From the IMG/VR virus record IMGVR_UViG_3300035034_002688: DNA of 64,000 bases, one strand, 5' to 3'. This document shows positions 57,008 through 64,000 of this stretch, piece after piece. The notes under the pieces are model-generated. The model was given only the letters and a program-made list of their open reading frames with translations, had not been told where the DNA came from and did not search any database. The translations under genes and the position numbers were made by a program. How positions within the stretch are numbered: position 1 is the first letter of the stretch; each line of letters begins with the position of its first letter. Source of the DNA: an uncultured virus (IMG/VR IMGVR_UViG_3300035034_002688). Its lineage: Duplodnaviria > Heunggongvirae > Uroviricota > Caudoviricetes.

Positions 57008-59239
57008 ATGGCAGATTGGCAGAATCTGGAGGTAGACCTCTCGGGGGTACAGGCGGGGGTTGATGGTACACAGGCGGTCTCGGACGCGGTGAGTGCCGTG
57101 GGGCAGATTGCGTCGGCTTTGCTTGGCCTGTTGCGGACCTTCACCGTCCCTTCCTTGCCCAATCCCATCGCCGGCGCAACCATGTTGCTGATCGCACAGC
57201 TTGAGGACCTCCTGGAGAGCCTGGGAGATACCGGAGCGTTTGGGCTCTTCCTGTTGCCCACGACTCTGGACGACCTCGCAGACAGCGCTGGTGGGTACGC
57301 ACGCTTCGAGCAGCGCGTGGTAGCGTCCTTCTACGACACGGCGGACGCCGAGCGTCCTCAGGTGGGCCAAGCAGGTACGCTGGGCGGGCTAGTGATCTAC
57401 GTCAACGCTCCCAGTCCGGCCGGCATCATCGAGAAGGCCTTGGCCCTGGCGAGGCTCTTTGGCCAGCGTCCGGAGGTGTCTTACCCCTCCCCCATAAGCC
57501 TTCGAGCTACCCCCGCGTCAGACCTCGGCGTGGCCATCCCCGGCGTGATCGACATCTACACGCAAGGCATCGACCCGCCCACCACGATCCTGCTGGAGTG
57601 GGAGGAGCCCAAGAGCACGCAGAACATCTTCTTCGACCTATTCGCGGCCAACAAGTTCTACATCGAACGCTCCCGATCACGGGAAGGCAAGCGCCTCACC
57701 GTGACTCAACCCTCTACCATTCAGATCGACCCTCTCGCGCGTCGCCGTAACGCGCCACCGGAGTATCGCGAGCCCGTGCTCGATGAGAAAGGCGCCGTGA
57801 CGACCGTGTGGGAGCCCCTCGACCCCTCCAACCCGTTCCTCGACGCAGACGACGCAGACGAGGGAGAAGGCCGCCTCGGAGCCAACTTCCTCGCGGGAAC
57901 CTACTCGACCGTCTTGCGCGGCCTCACTCCGGGACAGGATGAGGGGTATTACTACCGTATCCGGAGTGTCCCCGAGAACACCGTGTTGGCGAGCCGACCG
58001 GTCGAGACGACTGATGCCGGGGGCGTGACCGCACAAGAGATCGCGTATGAGTTGAAGCTGGACGGCAAGCCTTATCAGGGCTCTCCCCCCTCGTCTCCCG
58101 TCTATGGATTCATCCCGGAGATCCCCAAACAGACGGGGGGCGCAGCGTTCGACCTCCCCACGGCCCTGCTCAACGTCTACCGCGCCGCGTACCTGCTACG
58201 CTTTGACACCACGGTCTTTGACGACAGCTCTCAGCCCTTGACGGGCTCGGGTATCCTCAACCCGATCACGCCACAGACGATCCTTGACCTCCCCCCGGAC
58301 GACTTCGACTTTGACGGTACGGGCTCAGTCTCGGCGGCGTTCGAGTCGCAGTCTCCAGGTGGCTTTCGATCCACCGAAGACGGCGTGCGGTACTTCTCGG
58401 GTGAGTTCTTTCCGGAGGTGTTCTTTGAGCAGGGACCTCCAGGCTACGCAGACTCGAAGCGGAACGTGGCAACGCTGGGGGCGATCACGTCGTCGTCAGC
58501 TCTGGAAGATGACCCGTTCGCAGGAGCGCGTGAGCTGTTTGCGGCCAAGCTCGGCCTTACCGTTCGGGAGCGGTATCGCCTGTATGTGGACGAGGTGGCC
58601 ACAGATAAGATCGAACGGATACTACCCCTCATCGCACGCAACGAGACGCTCCTGGGGGCTATACGGACATCCTACGTTGGATTCGAGGCGGACCTTCTGG
58701 AACTCCTCACGGGATTCACGACAGACTTCACGCTGATCGAGCGTGAGGACCTGCGAATCGCCGTGGCGAGCCTGATGGTCCTCTTTGATGGGCAGATTCG
58801 CCCCGGTCAGCCTCCCAACTGGAGATCTGTCCGGCTCTTCAAGGACGTTCTGCCTGAGGTTGATCGCGTGGGCGCGGAGCTTCTGGCTGCCATACAGAGC
58901 ATCGAGCTGGCGACCGCCGACGTGAGCACACGCCTTGACGCGACAGTGGAGGGCTTGCAGAACCGTTTGGCCGCGCTCGACGCGGTAGTAGACGCCCTTG
59001 ATGAGATCATTTCGTTCCTGGATGCGGTCTCCGGGACGGCGCTCACGGCTTCGATCCTATTCATCCCGCCTCAGACTGGAGGCGCTCCTGCGTTCGTGAA
59101 CGAGGTCCTCGCGGCACAGGACAAGCCCACGAGCGAGCCCACCGACTACGGCGGAGGTTTCGTGCTCGCAGCCGGAGGGGCGGGTCCTGGGGACGGCGCC
59201 GCGCTCTTTGATGCGCTACGGTTCGTCTTCGGCTTCTAG
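57008..59239 (+). CDS. Putative baseplate-region structural protein (743 aa)
   Basis: Long ORF; FnIII-like motifs (LLEWEEP, FYIERS, GLTPG...YYYRIRSV); helical termini. Confidence 0.6.
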   Translation: MADWQNLEVDLSGVQAGVDGTQAVSDAVSAVGQIASALLGLLRTFTVPSLPNPIAGATMLLIAQLEDLLESLGDTGAFGLFLLPTTLDDLADSAGGYARFEQRVVASFYDTADAERPQVGQAGTLGGLVIYVNAPSPAGIIEKALALARLFGQRPEVSYPSPISLRATPASDLGVAIPGVIDIYTQGIDPPTTILLEWEEPKSTQNIFFDLFAANKFYIERSRSREGKRLTVTQPSTIQIDPLARRRNAPPEYREPVLDEKGAVTTVWEPLDPSNPFLDADDADEGEGRLGANFLAGTYSTVLRGLTPGQDEGYYYRIRSVPENTVLASRPVETTDAGGVTAQEIAYELKLDGKPYQGSPPSSPVYGFIPEIPKQTGGAAFDLPTALLNVYRAAYLLRFDTTVFDDSSQPLTGSGILNPITPQTILDLPPDDFDFDGTGSVSAAFESQSPGGFRSTEDGVRYFSGEFFPEVFFEQGPPGYADSKRNVATLGAITSSSALEDDPFAGARELFAAKLGLTVRERYRLYVDEVATDKIERILPLIARNETLLGAIRTSYVGFEADLLELLTGFTTDFTLIEREDLRIAVASLMVLFDGQIRPGQPPNWRSVRLFKDVLPEVDRVGAELLAAIQSIELATADVSTRLDATVEGLQNRLAALDAVVDALDEIISFLDAVSGTALTASILFIPPQTGGAPAFVNEVLAAQDKPTSEPTDYGGGFVLAAGGAGPGDGAALFDALRFVFGF

Positions 59240-59578
59240 TTTCGGCGTTGGGAAGATGAGAGCGTCTTTCAGGATCTCCTGGATCTCCCGATCGCACCGT
59301 CGTATCCGAATCTCCAGCTCTCGGAACTGTATCATGAGCTGCCAGAACTCCGAGAGGTTGCGGTCCTTCACGGCAACAGGCATCCCCGACAGTCGAATCT
59401 TCAGGTGTTCCGTGCCTCGCTCGACGAGCAGGCAAGGGGTAAATCTAACAACCTCGGCGCCCCAAACAATGTAACTTTTGCGGGTGTTTATGACCCGGAC
59501 GCCATATGGCGTCAGGTTCAGGGTGACGCCTTCCCCCAGAAGGTCCTGGAGGCGTCTGAGGGTTTCCGTGTCGCTCAT
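59216..59578 (-). CDS. Hypothetical protein
   Basis: ATG 59578 in ATGA overlap with 59575..59832. Confidence 0.55.
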   Translation of the reverse strand: MSDTETLRRLQDLLGEGVTLNLTPYGVRVINTRKSYIVWGAEVVRFTPCLLVERGTEHLKIRLSGMPVAVKDRNLSEFWQLMIQFRELEIRIRRCDREIQEILKDALIFPTPKLEAEDEP

Positions 59579-59832
59579 GACTCCGGGAGGTTGTCCAGCT
59601 CCTCCTGGAGCAGGTCTCGCGCCCACTGCGGCACCGTCTTGCGGTACGAGTCACCACCCGTAAGCAGGGTCAGCGTGAGGGCGTCTCCCGAAGGCGCCTC
59701 ACCCTTGCGCACTCCCCAGAAGAGGGCGCTGTAGGCATCGCCACCGGGAGCGCACGCGGTGGGTGCGCCCTTGGCGAGCTTTCGGAGCGCGACGCGGTGT
59801 GCTTCAGGGTTCGAGCTGGCATGAAATCCCAT
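59575..59832 (-). CDS. Hypothetical protein (85 aa)
   Basis: AGAGGA RBS. Confidence 0.55.
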   Translation of the reverse strand: MGFHASSNPEAHRVALRKLAKGAPTACAPGGDAYSALFWGVRKGEAPSGDALTLTLLTGGDSYRKTVPQWARDLLQEELDNLPES

Positions 59833-59959
59833 GATGTGTTCCTCTTAGCGTTGTGTGTATGTAGGAGAGTCTACGCGTTACGTGGGGCGGACACTTAGCG
59901 CTGGACCACGTGCCAGACCCGTGGGCGCGTCTGCTTGTGACTGTAGGTGTTTGTCGAGG

Positions 59960-60097
59960 TCAGTGAGGACAGGCGGCCCCCAGGGTGCGACACCACTTAC
60001 CGCTCAAGAGCTTGACGAAGTGGAATTTCTTGGCCCAGCTCTCGTGGTAGTCCAGGCGGGTGGTGCTGCGCGCGTGGTTGAGCGTGTTGAACGTCAT
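59960..60097 (-). CDS. Small hypothetical protein (45 aa)
   Basis: GGAG RBS; MTFNTLNHAR...AACPH; not in track. Confidence 0.4.
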   Translation of the reverse strand: MTFNTLNHARSTTRLDYHESWAKKFHFVKLLSGKWCRTLGAACPH

Positions 60098-60139
60098 GGT
60101 CTTGTCTCCGTGTCTGAATGTTCGTGGTGCGGGAAGCTC

Positions 60140-60406
60140 TCAGCGGTAGCGGATGAAGTTCTCCGCCTCTTCGTGGAAGGACTGCCAGCGCTCCTCCATA
60201 TGCTCCTCTTCCAGCTCTTTATCGCAGTGGCGGCAGTGGTCTCGCCACTCCTGGAGACAGTGCACCGAGTCTTCCGGGCTCAAGCCCTTGACCGACTCAA
60301 GGATCTCTTCCTTGCTCTTGGGTGCCTCGTCCGGGTCGAAGCTGTTGAGCAGCTCAAGGGCGAGCTGCTTGAACTGGAAGCGAAGCTCCTGAATCGAGTT
60401 GTCCAT
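60140..60406 (-). CDS. Small acidic hypothetical protein (88 aa)
   Basis: CAGGAG RBS, ATG 60406, promoter upstream. Confidence 0.65.
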   Translation of the reverse strand: MDNSIQELRFQFKQLALELLNSFDPDEAPKSKEEILESVKGLSPEDSVHCLQEWRDHCRHCDKELEEEHMEERWQSFHEEAENFIRYR

Positions 60407-60447
60407 GTCGTCGTCTCCTGCGGTGTGTCGTTTCGTCTTACACACCC

Positions 60448-60476
60448 TATATACCACAAGGAGGGGGGGTCGTAAA
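60448..60476 (-). promoter_or_regulatory. Sigma70-like promoter (shared family)
   Basis: TTTACG-N17-TATATA with TGTGG before the -10. Confidence 0.75.
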
Positions 60477-60478
60477 AA

Positions 60479-61151
60479 CTATTCGACAGGTTCCACGCGA
60501 CGGCGGTACTGGACTCCTCGGCGGTACTTCCCCCTTAAAGCCTTCAAGGGTGTGAGATCTTGGATGTGGTTGTAATCCAGGGATATCCATCCCGCCTTCA
60601 CCATGCTTGCGAGAGGCTCCACGTCGTCGATGTGGTTCCCCCCAAGGTCGAGTTCCACCATCTCTACCATTCCCGCAAGGGGCGATACGTCCTCTATTTT
60701 ATTGTCCGAGAGCGTCAGGTATTCAAGCTTGGTCAGCCCTGTGATCGGGCGGGAGATCTTCGATGGCATTTCTGTCCAGGGACGGATGCAGCATTCCGAC
60801 CATCTGCGCGATAGGGGTGAGGTCTTTGATGTTCAGCTCCATCGCCTCCAACTCGACGACGTTCGTGAGGCCATGCAGCCGCGCGAAGTCCTCGGCTTCG
60901 TAGAGCGCCAAATCTGTTGTGATCTTGGGGCACAGCTCCTGGAGTTCAAAGGCGCGCTCGACCTTGCTGTGACATAAAACGGGTCTGGAGACCTTGAAGT
61001 CGAGTCCCATGACGTAGGGGAGCACCTGATCCGCGTAACGCGTCGGGTCCTCTTCCCTCATGCGGTACAGGATGTGGTACAAGTGCGGTGCCTCCACCGG
61101 GTTCCCGGAGTGCAGGAGGCTACGGAGGTCGTGAAAAGCTTCGGCTTGCAG
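60479..61151 (-). pseudogene. Internalin-type leucine-rich repeat gene split by a frameshift
   Basis: LRR register (NIKDLTPIAQM, NAIEDL / PITGLTKLEYLTLSDNKIEDVSPL, NHIDDVEPL) continues across two frames near 60750; CTG lies where a start is expected. Confidence 0.7.
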
Positions 61152-61164
61152 GGTTCGTCTCGCG

Positions 61165-61563
61165 TCAGGTGTGTGTGGCGGCAAGATGAGCAAGGAAGGC
61201 TTCCACCTTGAACGGTGTGAACGTTCCGGGACCGTCCCAGTCGTCCTCAACATGTAGGTCCAAGTGCGGGCGGCCTTTGCATCGGAACGAGTAGCCCTTG
61301 TGTCCTGAGTTCGTGCGCTCAATCTCAAGACGCCAGCCCTCCTCTAGCCAGACAGCGATGGCGCCGCCCTCCAAAGATAGTGTCAGCACGTAGGGGTCAC
61401 CCAGATGTGCTTGGAAGGCGTCCACGTCGCAAAAGAAGGCATCGAGGGCATCCGAAGAGGGCTCGGGCCAGTCTTCCTCATCCTCCCACCGATAGCTCAA
61501 GATCGTCATGAGGTCGGACGTGGTGTCCTGCGCTCGTGTTTTATCCCAAAAATCCCAAAACAC
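61165..61563 (-). CDS. Hypothetical protein (132 aa)
   Basis: AAGGAG RBS before GTG. Confidence 0.6.
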   Translation of the reverse strand: MFWDFWDKTRAQDTTSDLMTILSYRWEDEEDWPEPSSDALDAFFCDVDAFQAHLGDPYVLTLSLEGGAIAVWLEEGWRLEIERTNSGHKGYSFRCKGRPHLDLHVEDDWDGPGTFTPFKVEAFLAHLAATHT

Positions 61564-61618
61564 ACGCTCTCCTTGGGTAGTGTAAGGTGGCGAGCGTACC
61601 TTGAGATGTGGGAACCTG

Positions 61619-61813
61619 TCAAGCGGGGTCTACGGGCTGGTCGCACACATCACACTTCTCGGTGTTGTGGGGGCCGGTATCTCCCCACACCACGTTCCCG
61701 TGGTTGACGGCACATGCCATACAGCGGAGGTACCCCAGGTTGTCAACGACGCCGACGGCGCCTTGTTTGTAGAGCTTCTCCCGGTCTTCCTTCTCAATGC
61801 GCTTTGCGTTCAT
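61619..61813 (-). CDS. Small zinc-finger protein (64 aa)
   Basis: CMAC...CDVC; GAGGAG RBS; promoter upstream. Confidence 0.65.
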   Translation of the reverse strand: MNAKRIEKEDREKLYKQGAVGVVDNLGYLRCMACAVNHGNVVWGDTGPHNTEKCDVCDQPVDPA

Positions 61814-61853
61814 GGCTCGTCTCCTCTCGTGGCGTGTTGTTCCTTACACACAT

Positions 61854-61882
61854 CATATACCATAGGAAGCCTGGAGCGTAAA
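61854..61882 (-). promoter_or_regulatory. Sigma70-like promoter (shared family)
   Basis: TTTACG-N17-TATATG with TGG before the -10. Confidence 0.65.
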
Positions 61883-61949
61883 AACTATCTCAGTCTTCGA
61901 GGCTTCGAATGCCCACGGTCTGGTAGGTCTCAAAGCCCACAACCTCTTC

Positions 61950-62405
61950 TGGGACATCCCCGCGTGCGCGGGGAACACGCTCCCCTTCGATACAGAGATC
62001 TTCTTTCTACCGGGACATCCCCGCGCACGCGGGGAACACGGGTAGAACAAGAAGATGTATGAGAGGGGATCCGGGACATCCCCGCGCACGCGGGGAACAC
62101 CGGACGAGCATGGGGAGACGTATTCGCCCTACCGGGACATCCCCGCGCACGCGGGGAACACTTGAAGCTGGAAGGATGCACGAGATGTGCGTGCGGGACA
62201 TCCCCGCGCACGCGGGGAACACACAGGTGTGATCACAAGAGCATGTCGCCTCATCGGGACATCCCCGCGCACGCGGGGAACACGTCAAAGCTGGTCACCT
62301 TTGGAGCGTGAACGGCGGGACATCCCCGCGCACGCGGGGAACACCATGACACCGACACACCCGCACTTGGTGCATCCGGGACATCCCCGCGCACGCGGGG
62401 AACAC
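61950..62405 (-). CRISPR. CRISPR array 2, type I-E, 8 repeats and 7 spacers of 32 nt
   Basis: Repeat GTGTTCCCCGCGTGCGCGGGGATGTCCCG (minus strand) at plus-strand starts 61950 (variant, terminal), 62011, 62072, 62133, 62194, 62255, 62316, 62377; exact 61-bp period. Confidence 0.98.
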
Positions 62406-62515
62406 TCTTCAAATGTTCAAGCCTTCGGAAGTGTACCTAACCCCCTGTATTCGCTCAGGAATTCTGTTGGCATGGGGTACACCGTTTTACTTTACCAAAT
62501 CGTACCCTGCGGTAC
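62406..62515 (-). promoter_or_regulatory. Leader of CRISPR array 2
   Basis: AT-richer non-coding stretch between the cas gene stop and the first repeat; homologous to 41509-41618. Confidence 0.85.
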
Positions 62516-62524
62516 AAGCCTGAA

Positions 62525-64000
62525 TCAGGAGGCCTTCTTGGTGGGGGCGCGGTAGTAGGTGCGCGTCCACTCCATCTGCGTCTGAGAGCCCCAGGTGAGG
62601 AGGCTCAGGATGAGGTCGTTGGCGTCGGCACCCTGACCCTCAATGCGTCCGAGGACGTTGCGGAGCTGGCGCCAGTGGCCGTTCAAGGTGCCTCCCGAAC
62701 ACAGGCGCTCGAACGAGCGCTCCTTGATGTCACGAGACTGCGCGAGGACGCGCGCGACGGGGCGGTTGCCCTTGAAGCCGGTGGGCTTGAGGCCCGCGAG
62801 CAGGACCGCCAGGAGGAACACGCGCTCCTGCAACTCGGGGGCGTTCTCACCAAGGTTACGCTCCACCACCTTCTCCAGGGCCTTCTCCAGCAGGATGGCG
62901 GGGCGCATGTAGCGTACGTCCTGGAGGTTCTTGGCGCGAGAGAGCGCGACGCGGCCGGAGCCCTTGTCGTGGTGGAGGTTGCGCCACCACTTGTGGACCA
63001 CGGAGAGGATCTCATCCTTGTGGGCGTATACGATGTTGTTCATGGGGTTCTTCTCTCTCTTGGTGGAGGTGCCGCAGAGTTTGAGGAGCTGCTTTTCGAG
63101 CCCGGCTCGTTCCCTCACGGCGGATGTGATGGTGCGGGTGTTCATGCGCGATTTGCGAGTGACACGGCCTCCAACGAGGGAGTCGAAGATCGTGAGCGCG
63201 GTGGTCGCGAGGAGGCGCTTGTAGGGCGTATAGACCATCTCCTCAAGCTCCTCCCGGTTGGTCGTGAGCTTGACCTTGGCGAGCGCGTCGTATGCAGCCT
63301 GTTCGGTGTGTGACCACAGCTCGGAGTTGTTCCGGCCTCCCAGGCAGGCGACCTTCGCGCGGAGCACCTTATCCACCTCGGACGTGAGCTTGACCAGCGC
63401 CCCGAAGGTGTCCTCATCACGCAGAGCCTGTGAGCCCTCGAAGATGAAGATGTACTTCTCGAAGAAGCTCACCGTCTTGCCCGCAAACATGTTGAATCCG
63501 AAGACACGCAGCGGGGGAAGCCCTCCCCATACCTCATCCCAATGCTCCGCGACCTCATCGTACAGGAAGGCCTTGCGCTTGGTGTGGGTGATGATTGGGG
63601 GCGTGTGGAGGGTCTCGGAGTAGGCGTGGGAACCCAGAACGTTCCACGTGCGCCTGTTGGTGACGGTCTGCACAGCGCGGACATCTTTCACATCTTTGGG
63701 GGTCCACTTGCCGTTGACGCCCATCGTCTTGAGGTTCTTGAGGGTGGTGGCGTTGTTGGGGAGCTGCCAGACACCCGACATGGGGATGCACTGACGAGAC
63801 CCCGGCAGACCTTCCCACTTCTCGGACTGCGCTGTGTAGCGCTGCCGGTTGCCCCAGGGCTGCGCATCCACGTAGTCCAGGAGCCCGTCCTCATCCGGCT
63901 CCGGCAGGACCCACTCACGCGTGAGGTGCCAGAACGCGGTCAAGGGGTGGTAGTCCAGGTCGTGAGCGCGCCACCCCTCGATCTGACTCTCTTCGACCCA
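62525..64000 (-). CDS. Cas8e (Cse1)-Cas11 (Cse2) fusion protein, 5' end beyond the window
   Basis: Frame is open to 64000. Cse1-like motifs HPLTAFWHLTREWVL, LRVFGFNM..K, LWSHTEQAAYDAL, ALTIFD. Last 172 aa are Cse2-like (WWRNL...GRVALSRA...SFERL...QLRNVL...LLTWG...EWTRTYY). Adjacent to a I-E array. Confidence 0.8.
   Translation of the reverse strand, partial: WVEESQIEGWRAHDLDYHPLTAFWHLTREWVLPEPDEDGLLDYVDAQPWGNRQRYTAQSEKWEGLPGSRQCIPMSGVWQLPNNATTLKNLKTMGVNGKWTPKDVKDVRAVQTVTNRRTWNVLGSHAYSETLHTPPIITHTKRKAFLYDEVAEHWDEVWGGLPPLRVFGFNMFAGKTVSFFEKYIFIFEGSQALRDEDTFGALVKLTSEVDKVLRAKVACLGGRNNSELWSHTEQAAYDALAKVKLTTNREELEEMVYTPYKRLLATTALTIFDSLVGGRVTRKSRMNTRTITSAVRERAGLEKQLLKLCGTSTKREKNPMNNIVYAHKDEILSVVHKWWRNLHHDKGSGRVALSRAKNLQDVRYMRPAILLEKALEKVVERNLGENAPELQERVFLLAVLLAGLKPTGFKGNRPVARVLAQSRDIKERSFERLCSGGTLNGHWRQLRNVLGRIEGQGADANDLILSLLTWGSQTQMEWTRTYYRAPTKKAS

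Noticed and set aside
62345..62376. Array-2 newest spacer shares CGACACACCCG with the UTR near 36405-36415
   Set aside because: Only an 11-nt exact match; expected by chance given 17 spacers and 64 kb.
61853..62555. Track ORFs across array 2
   Set aside because: Repeat-derived peptides (PRARG, FPACAG).
1..64000. tRNA, rRNA, integrase, transposase, cas1/2/3/5/6/7
   Set aside because: None recognised by eye; covariance-model and HMM searches are needed to exclude divergent copies.

Overview
GC-rich segment of a large, probably jumbo, contractile-tailed phage genome. The host is tentatively Myxococcota-like, inferred from the SspB-like and LRR genes. Virion genes are a minus-strand fibre/structural cluster (1-11932), tail tube, probable tail chaperones, tape measure, two tube-initiator-like genes, a baseplate hub with a lytic transglycosylase domain, a gp5-like spike and a 2277-aa structural protein. 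They are interleaved with islands of small genes, many preceded by a shared TT(T/G)AC(G/C)-N17-TATANA-type promoter. The main feature is a dispersed type I-E-like CRISPR system with four parts: (1) a 12-repeat array with no adjacent cas genes (36637-37283, +); (2) an 8-repeat array (61950-62405, -); (3) directly upstream of array 2, one ORF fusing a divergent Cas8e to Cas11, with a plausible internal start for Cas11; it is cut by the window edge; (4) a second copy of the array-2 leader followed by a solitary repeat (41509-41647). No cas1/2/3/5/6/7 is recognisable in the window. Other points: two adjacent ADP-ribosyltransferase-like domains in a gene block sharing an RVAxx(Y/W) motif, seven tandem divergent paralogues, RlpA-like and SspB-like genes, and a frameshifted LRR gene. 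All family assignments come from motif recognition by eye; no searches were run.
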